A stretch of 64,000 bases of DNA. Origin: Rhodoglobus sp. (GTDB lineage Bacteria; Actinomycetota; Actinomycetes; Actinomycetales; Microbacteriaceae). The translations under genes were made by a program, and so were the position numbers. The stretch covers positions 26,188 to 90,187 of the forward strand of contig JAODLY010000013.1 of the NCBI GenBank assembly GCA_025464445.1, written 5' to 3'. The notes beneath the pieces were generated by a model, which ran no database searches, was not told the origin of the DNA, and saw nothing but the letters and a program-made list of their open reading frames with translations. Below, piece by piece: positions 21,150 to 29,428 of this stretch (its first letter is position 1; every line of letters begins with the position of its first letter).

Positions 21150-22622
21150 ATGGAACCGAGCGCCGCGAATGCGACACAGGATGAGAGCGTGCTCGATTCC
21201 CTCACCATCGGCCGGCGCATCCGCCAGCTGCGCTCCGACCGCGGCCTGACGCTCGACGACCTCGGCGTCGCCCTGGGCCGTGCGGCCTCCCAGGTTTCGG
21301 TCATCGAGAACGGCAAACGCGAGCTCAGGTTGGGCGAGCTGCAGAAGCTCTCGCGCATCCTCGGGGTCACGACAGACGAGCTGCTCAGCCCCGAGGCGCC
21401 ATCGCGACGTGCTGCCCTCGAGATCGCGCTCGAGCGGGCCCAGCGCGGCCCGCTCTACGCCTCACTGCCCCTGCCGTCGCTGCCGGTGCGCAAAACGTTG
21501 AGCGACGAGGCCATCGAGACGATCCTCGGCCTGCACGACGAACTGCAGCGCCTGCACCAGGAACGAGCGGCGACCCCTGAGGAGGCCAGGCGCGCGAACA
21601 CCGAACTGCGTCGGGCGATGCGCAAGCGCAACAACTACTTCGCGGAGCTCGAGTCGACGGCGAGAGGGCTGCTGGATGCCGTGGGGCATGCCGGCGGTCC
21701 GCTGTCGCAACGGGTGGCATCCGACCTCGCCACCCACCTCGGATTCACGCTGCACTATGTGCCAGACCTGCCCGGTTCCACCCGCAGCGTCACCGACCTG
21801 CGCAACGGCCGCATCTACCTTCCGGTTGGCCAGGCGGCCGGCAGCGACCCGCGGTCAACACTCCTGCAGGCGCTCGCCAGCCACGTGCTTGGCGTGACCG
21901 AGCCGAAAGACTACGCGGACTTCCTGCGGCAGCGGGTGGAGACGAACTACCTCGCGGGAGCCCTGATGGTGCCGGAGCACACTGCAGTCGCGTTCCTGCA
22001 GGCGGCGAAGGACAAGCGTGAACTCTCCGTCGAAGACCTGCGCGACGCGTTCGCCGTGAGTTACGAGACGGCGGCGCACCGGTTCACGAACCTCGCGACC
22101 CAGCACCTGGGCATCCCCGTGCACTTTCTCAAAGTGCACGAGAGCGGCACCATCTCGAAGGCCTACGAGAACGACAACGCGGCATTCCCCACGGACGCGC
22201 TTGGCGCCGTGGAGGGCCAGCTCGTCTGCCGCTTCTGGAGCGCGCGACGTGTGTTCGACGTCGCCGACCGGTTCAGCCCGTACCACCAGTACACGGACAA
22301 GCCGGGCGGAACCTACTGGTGCACCTCGCGCATCCAGTCGTCAAGTCGCGGCGACTTCTCGGTGAGTGTCGGCACGCCGTTCGCCCACGTCAAATGGTTC
22401 AGGGGCCGGGATACCGCGAACCGGGCGGTCTCGTCATGCCCGGACGAGAACTGCTGTCGCCGCCCACCCGCCGGTCTCGCCGGTCGCTGGGAGCAGCATT
22501 CGCTGCCCAGCGCCCGGATGAACAGCTCACTGCTGGCCGCGATGCCCACCGGCATGTACCCGGGCGTCGACTCCACAGAGGTGTTCGAATTCCTGGAGAA
22601 CCACGCCCCTCACTCCGGGTGA
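21150..22622 (+). CDS. XRE-family HTH regulator with ImmA/IrrE-like and DUF2083 region (RamB / short-chain acyl-CoA regulator type)
   Basis: The N-terminal HTH reads [41 protein letters not shown] and is followed by a long C-terminal domain. The gene is divergent from aceA, as ramB is next to icl in Corynebacteriales. The ATG at 21150 is preceded by GAGGGAGG. Confidence 0.85.
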   Translation: MEPSAANATQDESVLDSLTIGRRIRQLRSDRGLTLDDLGVALGRAASQVSVIENGKRELRLGELQKLSRILGVTTDELLSPEAPSRRAALEIALERAQRGPLYASLPLPSLPVRKTLSDEAIETILGLHDELQRLHQERAATPEEARRANTELRRAMRKRNNYFAELESTARGLLDAVGHAGGPLSQRVASDLATHLGFTLHYVPDLPGSTRSVTDLRNGRIYLPVGQAAGSDPRSTLLQALASHVLGVTEPKDYADFLRQRVETNYLAGALMVPEHTAVAFLQAAKDKRELSVEDLRDAFAVSYETAAHRFTNLATQHLGIPVHFLKVHESGTISKAYENDNAAFPTDALGAVEGQLVCRFWSARRVFDVADRFSPYHQYTDKPGGTYWCTSRIQSSSRGDFSVSVGTPFAHVKWFRGRDTANRAVSSCPDENCCRRPPAGLAGRWEQHSLPSARMNSSLLAAMPTGMYPGVDSTEVFEFLENHAPHSG

Positions 22623-23452
22623 AGCGGGCTGCCGTCCTTCTTGAGCACGGTCTTCTCGCCGGCCTCGATCGCTACGGCGAAACGGTTCTGCTTCGGCGGG
22701 AGCGGGCAGTTGAAGTTGTAGCTGAACGCGCATGGCGGCAGCACTGAGCGGTTGAAGTCCAGCTCGATCGAGCCGTCGGGTTTCGGGGCCACGAACAGGA
22801 AGCGTCCGACGCTGTAGGTGTCGACCCCGCTCGTGGCATCCGCGTAGACGAGTTGCAGCGCGCGGCCGGCCTTGAAGGCGGCGAGGTTATAGTCGACTCC
22901 GTCTTTGGTGAACGTGATCTCGCCGGGGATCACCTGCTCTTTTGTCTTGCCGTCATCCTTGAGGTGCTCGAAGCCCATAGTCGTGCCCGCCGGGTTCTCG
23001 GTGAACTTCGCGGTGATCACCCAGTCGGGGTTGTACGGGTAGGTGTCGATCGAGCCGAACTCCCGGATGCCCTCCGAGTTCGAGTCCCAGACCCGCAGCG
23101 CGTACTGCCCGTCCTCGCCCGCGATGACGAAGCCGCTCACGGTGTCGCTGAAGGCGATCTCGCTCGGGTTCGGGTCATCCTTGCCGCGAACCACGGCCGA
23201 ACCGTCAACGAGAACGCCGTCGACGACGATTCCCTCGGATGCCGCTGCCGAAACTTTCAGGCCACCCTCCGGTGCGGGCGCCCAGATGCCCGGCACACCC
23301 CAAATCGTCTGCTCGGAGTCCACCCACTGGGTGTTCACGAGTGCGAGGTTGCCCTTGGGCTGCACCACCGACTCCTCGCGTCGCGCGTGATAAGTGGCGA
23401 AGAGCTGCTCTGGGGTTGCGGTCGTCGTCGCGGTGTCGGTCATGGAATCCAT
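22610..23452 (-). CDS. DUF1684-domain protein
   Basis: The C-terminal sequence FNRSVLPPCAFSYNFNCPLPPKQNRFAVAIEAGEK is characteristic of DUF1684. The start is ambiguous (23488, 23452 or 23443). Confidence 0.8.
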   Translation of the reverse strand: MDSMTDTATTTATPEQLFATYHARREESVVQPKGNLALVNTQWVDSEQTIWGVPGIWAPAPEGGLKVSAAASEGIVVDGVLVDGSAVVRGKDDPNPSEIAFSDTVSGFVIAGEDGQYALRVWDSNSEGIREFGSIDTYPYNPDWVITAKFTENPAGTTMGFEHLKDDGKTKEQVIPGEITFTKDGVDYNLAAFKAGRALQLVYADATSGVDTYSVGRFLFVAPKPDGSIELDFNRSVLPPCAFSYNFNCPLPPKQNRFAVAIEAGEKTVLKKDGSPLHPE

Positions 23453-23515
23453 TCTGTCGGCCTCGCTGGATGCAACGCCGCGACCCACGGGAAAATGCCG
23501 AACCCCGGCAGTCGG

Positions 23516-24889
23516 CTATGACCTTGCAGTTAGCCATTTGGGGGCGCTGCTGCCCCACAGCACCGGCCCGCCGACCCAGTCCTGCGGGCCGCCGTCGTAG
23601 TGCGGCGCGGATGCCGCGCTCGTGACTTTCGTGCCGTCCGGGAGCGTGCGGGTGAGCACTGTTGGAGGCCATGGCGGGTGCGCGGCGTGGCCTCGTTCGC
23701 GCGGGGAATCGAGAAGTTCCTGCGCGATCCGGGCCAGCGAGGTCTCGATGAGCCACGATCCACCTTCGTCGATCCGCCGCCGCAGTGCCGTCGTGATGCC
23801 GGCGGCGATCAGGTACCCGGCGGCGTGGTCGAGCGCCTGTGCTGGCATCGCCCCCGGCTTCTGGCCGTCTCGCGTCTCGAGCCAGCCGATGCCGGTCGCG
23901 GCCTGCACGATGCTGTCGAAACCGCGACGGGACGAGTACGGGCCGACAGTCCCCCACGCGCTCAACCTGGCAACGATGATGCCCGGCCGACGCCGCACGA
24001 GCTCCTGCGGCGAGAGGCCGAAGCTGTCGAGTGCGCCGTCACGGTAGCCGGTGACGACGACATCCGCCTGCTTGAGCAGGGCATCCAGCGTCTTCTTGTC
24101 CGAATTGAGGTCGATGAGTGTCGAGCGCTTGCCCGTGCCGGAGTCGAGATGCTGCCAACCGATCTCCGGATACTGCGGCGGGTCCACCCGCAACACGTCG
24201 GCCCCCCAGAGCGCGAGCGTGCGCGTCGCCACCGGGCCGGCCACGACCCGCGTGAGATCGAGCACCCGGATGCCGCGCGCTGGGGCATCCACTGTCGTCT
24301 CCGGCAGCACGCCAGCCGGTGCGTCGCCGAGACGCTCAAGCCGCAGCAGTGGCTCTTTCGCGACGATGAGCCCCTGTTCGCTTGAACGCCACTGCGCCTC
24401 CGTCGCGACGGCGACAGCGACGCCGCCCTGTTCGGCGACGAGCGCGTCCACAACTATCGCGCTACGGCCGTGCAGGTGGGTGAGCAACTGGTCGGCCGTG
24501 GTCTCCTGCGGCAGATTCAACGCCCCGAGCAACCGCGCCCTGTGGTGCGGGTAGTTCGCGTGGGTTCGAAGCCAACCGTCTGCCGCCGGCCAGAAACCCG
24601 ACAGCTCGGCCCAGGCATCCACCGGTTCGCCGTCGATGCGGAAATGTCGTTCGCTCGTGACCGCCGTGACGACACGCAGCGGGTCGAGCTCCACCATCGG
24701 CACCGCCGAACCGGTGCGCCGCGCTGCGAGCAGGGCGGCAGAAAGGGATGCCACGGCTATCGCGTCGTGCACGAAGCGGCCGACAGGCAGCACCGAGTCC
24801 AGCGGCACCTCCGAGCCGCGGTCGCGCACGAGAGCGAGCGCTGACGGGTGCTCTCCCAGCGCTGCCCACGCGGCATCCATGACTCCCAC
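23516..24889 (-). CDS. CoA-transferase family III (CaiB/BaiF-like) protein with atypical architecture
   Basis: Motifs include GIRVLDLTRVVAGPVATRTLALWGADVLRVDPP and RRGFDSIVQAATG (catalytic Asp context). These motifs begin only at about residue 206 of 457. Confidence 0.8.
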   Translation of the reverse strand: MGVMDAAWAALGEHPSALALVRDRGSEVPLDSVLPVGRFVHDAIAVASLSAALLAARRTGSAVPMVELDPLRVVTAVTSERHFRIDGEPVDAWAELSGFWPAADGWLRTHANYPHHRARLLGALNLPQETTADQLLTHLHGRSAIVVDALVAEQGGVAVAVATEAQWRSSEQGLIVAKEPLLRLERLGDAPAGVLPETTVDAPARGIRVLDLTRVVAGPVATRTLALWGADVLRVDPPQYPEIGWQHLDSGTGKRSTLIDLNSDKKTLDALLKQADVVVTGYRDGALDSFGLSPQELVRRRPGIIVARLSAWGTVGPYSSRRGFDSIVQAATGIGWLETRDGQKPGAMPAQALDHAAGYLIAAGITTALRRRIDEGGSWLIETSLARIAQELLDSPRERGHAAHPPWPPTVLTRTLPDGTKVTSAASAPHYDGGPQDWVGGPVLWGSSAPKWLTARS

Positions 24890-24969
24890 GCTTTCGATCG
24901 TACGGTGCCGGTCGTCTGCCGGTCAGTCCGCGAACTAGGGTCAAAAGGCCGCGCGGACGGTCGCCGAGG

Positions 24970-25317
24970 TCAGAAGTCGTCGAGGAGCGAATCGGGCCCG
25001 TCGGGCGCCCCGATCCGCCTCAGGCTCGGCCTCACACTCGGCGGATGTTCGACGCTGTCTCGCCGCCGCTCTATCTCTTCCCTGAACGACTCGTATTCGA
25101 ACACCGAGCCCGGATCCTGGCCCGCGTCCTCGATGATGAGCTGGCTCGATGGGCCGATCAGCATCTCAACAGTGGTGCCGCCATCCCCCTGCACCACCGG
25201 AACCAGGATCGCGTCCGCCGATCCTGCCTTCGCCAATGTGGTCGCGTACTGCACGACCGAGTGGGCAATCGCATCCCCCGTAAGAACCGATCCGTTTGCG
25301 TAAAGGATTCGTTTCAT
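24970..25317 (-). CDS. hypothetical protein (115 aa)
   Basis: The sequence begins MKRILYANGSVLTGDAIAHSVVQYATTLAKAGSADAILVPVVQGDGGTTVEMLIG. The ATG at 25317 is preceded by GGTGGA, and GC3 bias is present. I cannot assign a family. Confidence 0.5.
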   Translation of the reverse strand: MKRILYANGSVLTGDAIAHSVVQYATTLAKAGSADAILVPVVQGDGGTTVEMLIGPSSQLIIEDAGQDPGSVFEYESFREEIERRRDSVEHPPSVRPSLRRIGAPDGPDSLLDDF

Positions 25318-25357
25318 ACATTCCACCATCCACGAGGATGACGGCGTTGGCAACGGG

Positions 25358-25687
25358 TTACGGCAACTGCACACCTGTGTCTTCGGGCACGCTCGACTCG
25401 TCGGTGAGCACAAGACCGCGGGTGCTGCCCGCCTCGAGCGCGAGCGCCTCCAGCCAGTTGCGATTGAGCTGCGGCGCGCGACTGCCCGAAAAATCAAAGG
25501 CAAGCGGGATGGCCGGGTCGAGCCAGATCGTGCCGCGTCCGCCGCCCTGCGCCTGGTCTTTCACCCAGGAGAACGTGAAAGACTCGCCGCGCCGGAGCTT
25601 GTTGACGATGACGACCTTGAGATGCGATAGCGCGCGATCCTCGATAGGAATCGCGTACCTGCCATCACCGTAATACAGGGTTCCCAC
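25358..25687 (-). CDS. small conserved hypothetical protein (109 aa)
   Basis: The sequence begins MGTLYYGDGRYAIPIEDRALSHLKVVIVNKLRRGESFTFSWVKDQ. The GTG at 25687 lies 6 nt after GGGAGG. It resembles a small actinobacterial protein family that I cannot name with confidence. Confidence 0.6.
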   Translation of the reverse strand: MGTLYYGDGRYAIPIEDRALSHLKVVIVNKLRRGESFTFSWVKDQAQGGGRGTIWLDPAIPLAFDFSGSRAPQLNRNWLEALALEAGSTRGLVLTDESSVPEDTGVQLP

Positions 25688-25744
25688 CCGGTGCCTCCCG
25701 ACGTCGCTCGGGACAACGGTACCAGCGTGGGCGACGCCGCTGCG

Positions 25745-25790
25745 CCCAGCTCACGCCGACGCGACCTCCCAGCTCACGCCGATGCGACCT
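25745..25790. repeat. 23-bp tandem duplication (CCCAGCTCACGCCGACGCGACCT / CCCAGCTCACGCCGATGCGACCT) covering the stop codon of the VOC gene
   Basis: Read directly from the sequence. Copy 2 (25768-25790) encodes ...EVASA-stop on the minus strand. Copy 1 (25745-25767) is the same 23-mer with one substitution, immediately downstream of the gene. Confidence 0.85.
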
Positions 25791-26385
25791 CCCAGGCGAA
25801 TCCGTCGGGGTCGGCGAACGGCCCGGCGTCGCCGTTGATCACGATCCGGTGCGACCCCGTGCCCTCGGGAGCGACCCCGGCATCCTTGGCGAGGGCTTTG
25901 CGGCCGTAGAGCCCCAGCTTGACGGCGCTGGAGGCCATCTCGAACTCGACGTACTTGCCGAAGCTCTTGCCTACGGCCAGACCGAGGTCGACGTAGAACC
26001 GCTTGCTCGCAGCGACGTCATCGGCAGCCAGCAGGACCACGATCTGGTCGACCTGGCGGGTGGCCGGGCCCGTGTCCTTCTTCGCCGACGTCGCGACCTT
26101 CCAGATCGCCCCGTCCGGGGCTTGTACGACGCCACCGACTCCCCACATCGACTTTTCGACAGGCTTCAACGTCGTGGCCCCCGCAGCGACAGCCGAGTCG
26201 ATCAGGCTGCTGACCGTCGACGGCTGCGACACGATGAGGGACACGGTAAACCCGCGGAAGCCGGTCGTCGGGGCGTCCGAGGCGCGCACGCGCACCTGGG
26301 GGCCCAACCCGAAAGCGGCGGTGTAGAAACGCTCGGCGGCTGCGGGGTCGGCCACTTCGAGGGTGATGTATTCGATGGATGTCAT
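25774..26385 (-). CDS. VOC-family (glyoxalase/bleomycin-resistance fold) protein, two-domain
   Basis: The first domain starts MTSIEYITLEVADPAAAERFYTAAFGL, and a second repeat carries VVLLAADDVAASKRFYVDLGL. The ATG is at 26385. The track extension to 26520 was trimmed. Confidence 0.8.
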   Translation of the reverse strand: MTSIEYITLEVADPAAAERFYTAAFGLGPQVRVRASDAPTTGFRGFTVSLIVSQPSTVSSLIDSAVAAGATTLKPVEKSMWGVGGVVQAPDGAIWKVATSAKKDTGPATRQVDQIVVLLAADDVAASKRFYVDLGLAVGKSFGKYVEFEMASSAVKLGLYGRKALAKDAGVAPEGTGSHRIVINGDAGPFADPDGFAWEVASA

Positions 26386-26465
26386 GGTGGTCACGCTAAT
26401 CGACGTGCAATTGCCCGCGCTTCTTGGTTCCTGCTCGATGCAGGTGCCGCGGTTCGTCGGCCATC

Positions 26466-26504
26466 TGTAGGGCGGACGGGACTTGACTCCCCTACTGAGC
26501 CGCC
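26466..26504 (-). pseudogene. truncated tRNA-Met-like fragment (5' acceptor/D-arm start fused to T-arm and 3' acceptor), same orientation as the real tRNA
   Basis: The minus strand reads GGCGGCTCAGTAGGGGAGTCAAGTCCCGTCCGCCCTACA. A 20-nt run (TCAAGTCCCGTCCGCCCTAC) is identical to the 3' part of tRNA-Met at 26654-26730. Confidence 0.5.
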
Positions 26505-26575
26505 GGCCTATTGCGGCCACTTGGCGAAGAGCTGCCCGCGGTGTCGCAATAGTCCGGACTGCTCAGCGGGGGCCC

Positions 26576-26614
26576 ACGAACGGGTTCGCGATCCGTCCGC
26601 CCTACCAAGACCCC
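26576..26614 (+). pseudogene. degenerate tRNA-Met 3'-half copy in inverted orientation
   Basis: The plus strand reads ACGGGTTCGCGATCCGTCCGCCCTACCAAGACCCC, against ACGGGTTCAAGTCCCGTCCGCCCTACCAAGACCCC for the real tRNA plus trailer. Positions 26593-26614 are the perfect reverse complement of 26647-26668. Confidence 0.55.
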
Positions 26615-26653
26615 TGGCAGGCGCTGGTGCGATGTATCGGGACCTTGGGGTCT

Positions 26654-26730
26654 TGGTAGGGCGGACGGGACTTGAACCCGTGACCGACGGATTATGAGTC
26701 CGCTGCTCTAACCAGCTGAGCTACCGCCCC
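26654..26730 (-). tRNA. tRNA-Met (anticodon CAT; elongator-like, though a lysidine-modified Ile2 cannot be excluded)
   Basis: The minus strand reads GGGGCGGTAGCTCAGCTGGTTAGAGCAGCGGACTCATAATCCGTCGGTCACGGGTTCAAGTCCCGTCCGCCCTACCA. It is 77 nt and forms a full cloverleaf with CCA encoded. The anticodon stem lacks the three G-C pairs typical of initiator tRNA. Confidence 0.93.
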
Positions 26731-26822
26731 GCGCCGGCGCGCGTGCGCTGGCGGATTCCCACGATACAGGCAGCGGCACGCGGCATCCCGCAGCACTCTG
26801 CGACACAGAAAGGTGATTCGGG

Positions 26823-28046
26823 TCAGAAGGGTGGCGGATCGGCGGTGCGGATCGCCCCGGTTGGGCTCGTCCACTGCAAGCCGGACTTCGTGCGCTCGAC
26901 CGCCCACTTGCTGTTGTGTTTCAGTCGATGGTGACTTCGGCACAGGAGGGCGAGGTTGTCGGCGCTGGTTTTTCCGCCATCCGCCCAGGCGACGGTGTGG
27001 TCGAGGTCGCAATCGTCGGCGAGACGCCCGCAACCGGGAAACTCGCAAACCTTGCCGCGCACCTGCACCCAGCATTTGAGGTCGGCGGGCGGGCGGTACG
27101 AGGTGCGATCGATGTCGAGCACGGTGCCGGTGACCGGGTGGGTGAGAATCCGCATGAATGACGGTGCGTGGGCGGCCAGCCGCCTGGCCGTCTGCGCGTC
27201 GATCGGACCATAACCGTCGAGGATGCCTGGCTCCTCCCCGCGCCCGAGAAGCGTCAGCACGGGCACGGTGACCGCGACCGCGACGCCCACCGCCGGGTTG
27301 GACGCCCCGAGCACACCGGCGAGCAGGTCACCCGCGACATCCGCCCGCAGTTGCGCGAGGGTGCGGGTCTCGTCCGGGCGGGTGGCGAGGGATGCGGCCG
27401 CCCGGTCGAGGTGCGTCATCGCACGGCGGGCGATCGTGGCCGGAAGGTACGCGCTGAGCCAGCACATGCCGTCGAGGTCGGGCTCGAGCCAGACGCGGCG
27501 TTGCTCGGCCCGACGGGCGTGGCGTTCGACGATCTGCTGCGGCTGCACCCGCTCACGGGCGTCGCGGGCGCGAGCCCGGAAGCGTGCGGGTGCGAGTGTT
27601 GCGGCCTGCTCGAGGATCTCGTTCTCAAACCGCTCCCATGACCCCGCGGGAAGTGAGGCGGCAAGGTCGGCCACGACTCCCGCGTTCGGGGTGGAGATGT
27701 CGCCGTCGCGGAACCGGGCCCACACCCGCGGTGCACGATGCAGCAGCACCTCGGCTTCGTGGGCCTGGGCGCGCACCGTCTGCTCGGCAAGACCGAGCCG
27801 CACCGCGAGATCGGCGACGGCCGCGCGCTCGGCGAAAACCACGGCATCCGAGTCGAAGGCACCGGCGATCGGCCCGACGAACACCTCGGGAAACGCCCGC
27901 GCCTCCCTCAGGGTGGCGTCGATAGCGGCGAGCTGCTCGGCGAAAGCCATGGATGCGGACCGCAGCGCCACCTCAGCCCGCGCCATGCCGAACTCGACGC
28001 GCACCTCTGCGCTGCTCGCGTCAAGGAGTGTGTCGCCTGCTTCCAT
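26823..28046 (-). CDS. DUF222 / HNH endonuclease-domain protein (13E12-repeat-type family)
   Basis: The C-terminal HNH motif reads CEFPGCGRLADDCDLDHTVAWADGGKTSADNLALLCRSHHRLKHNSKW. The N-terminal alanine-rich DUF222-like region is typical of this multi-copy actinobacterial family. Confidence 0.85.
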   Translation of the reverse strand: MEAGDTLLDASSAEVRVEFGMARAEVALRSASMAFAEQLAAIDATLREARAFPEVFVGPIAGAFDSDAVVFAERAAVADLAVRLGLAEQTVRAQAHEAEVLLHRAPRVWARFRDGDISTPNAGVVADLAASLPAGSWERFENEILEQAATLAPARFRARARDARERVQPQQIVERHARRAEQRRVWLEPDLDGMCWLSAYLPATIARRAMTHLDRAAASLATRPDETRTLAQLRADVAGDLLAGVLGASNPAVGVAVAVTVPVLTLLGRGEEPGILDGYGPIDAQTARRLAAHAPSFMRILTHPVTGTVLDIDRTSYRPPADLKCWVQVRGKVCEFPGCGRLADDCDLDHTVAWADGGKTSADNLALLCRSHHRLKHNSKWAVERTKSGLQWTSPTGAIRTADPPPF

Positions 28047-28183
28047 GCATTAAGGAAAACAGTGGCCACCGACATTCTTACCACCACTGCCCATTGGTGA
28101 AATTGCTGTTGAGAAGTCGATTTCGAGCGTGCCTGTTAGGGAGAAGACGAGCCGCGCGAGCGGGCCGGGATAATCGGCGCCAC

Positions 28184-29413
28184 CTACTCCGACGTCACCA
28201 CGAACGTGTCATGCACCGGCTCGCCCCGGTAGAGGCTCTCGAAGGTGTCGAGGGTGCGCTGGATATCGTGCGACTCCACGATCTTCAGGCTCGCCTTCTT
28301 CATTCGCTGGTATTCGTCCTCGGGCGCGGTGAGCACCCTGGTGAGCTTGTCGGCGAGGTCGTCGACGTTGCCCGGCTCGAACAGGTAGCCGTTCTCGCCG
28401 TCGTGCACGAGGTGGGGCAGCGCCATGGCATCCGCCGCGACGATGGGAAGACCGGATGCCATGGCCTCCATCGTCGAGATGCTCTGCAGTTCGGCTATCG
28501 ACGGCATCGCGAACACGCTCGCGCGGGTGAGTGCGTTGCGCAGGTACGCCTCGTCCACGAAGCCGGCGAACTTGACCCTGTCGCTCACCTTGAGCGAGAG
28601 GGCGAGCGCCTTGAGCTTGCCTTCGAGTTCGCCGCCGCCCACGATCTCGAGCCGGGCATCCAAGGTTGCATCGAGCTTCGCGAACGCCCGGATCAGCCTG
28701 TCGATCTGTTTCTCGTCGACAACCCGGCCCAGGAACACGATGAGGTTATCCGTGCGCTTGTTCATGTTCGGCGTGTAGTTGTGCGCATCGATGCCGCAGG
28801 AGATCGCGAGCACGTCTTTCACCGAGGTGTTGGCCTCGAGGTATTCGGCCGCCTTGCGGGTGGGCGTCGTGACGCGCTCGGCGAGCCTGAACGTGCGGTC
28901 GGCTGCCGCCCACGCCATGCGCACCGCCCAGCGACGCAGGAACCGCGGGATGATGAGGGTGTATTCGAGCAGATTCTCCGGCATGAAGTGGTTTGTGCCG
29001 ATGAGCCGGACACCGCGCTTGTTGCCCTCGATGGTCATGCCGCGGCCGATGACGATATGCGACTGGAAGTGCACGACATCGGGTTTGACCAGGTCGAGGA
29101 TTTTCGCGCTGTTCTGCCTGATGCGCCACGGCAGCGAGAAGCGCAGCCAGGGGTGCGGGTACCAGCGCCAGGAGTAGATGCGGTGCACGGTCATCTTCTG
29201 GCCCTCGTGCTCCTCGGTGCGAGGGCCGAGCTTGGTGTTGGAGAAGGATGGCGCGGCAATGTGCACATCGTGACCGCGCTCGGCTAGCCCTGCCGCGAGC
29301 CGTGCGATAAAGCTCGCAGCACCATTGATCTCCGGCCAGAACGTATCGGCGCCGATCAGGATGCGTAGTCGCGGCTTGCCCTCGTGAGGGGAGACTCTGG
29401 GGGCGTCAGGCAC
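28184..29413 (-). CDS. glycosyltransferase family 4 (GT-B, GT1/GT4 type)
   Basis: N-terminal ILIGADTFWPEINGAASFIARLAAGLAERGHDVHI is present. The C-terminal part carries the MPSIAELQSISTMEAMASGLPIVAAD and ENGYLFEPG motifs. Confidence 0.85.
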   Translation of the reverse strand: MPDAPRVSPHEGKPRLRILIGADTFWPEINGAASFIARLAAGLAERGHDVHIAAPSFSNTKLGPRTEEHEGQKMTVHRIYSWRWYPHPWLRFSLPWRIRQNSAKILDLVKPDVVHFQSHIVIGRGMTIEGNKRGVRLIGTNHFMPENLLEYTLIIPRFLRRWAVRMAWAAADRTFRLAERVTTPTRKAAEYLEANTSVKDVLAISCGIDAHNYTPNMNKRTDNLIVFLGRVVDEKQIDRLIRAFAKLDATLDARLEIVGGGELEGKLKALALSLKVSDRVKFAGFVDEAYLRNALTRASVFAMPSIAELQSISTMEAMASGLPIVAADAMALPHLVHDGENGYLFEPGNVDDLADKLTRVLTAPEDEYQRMKKASLKIVESHDIQRTLDTFESLYRGEPVHDTFVVTSE

Positions 29414-29428
29414 GGGTTACAACGTACC

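Noticed and set aside
26386-28183. Integrated prophage or genomic island at tRNA-Met
   Set aside because: The att-like tRNA fragments are only about 150-190 nt from the tRNA. No integrase, excisionase or phage genes are present, only a DUF222-HNH gene on the 5' side. I report it as scars, not as an island.
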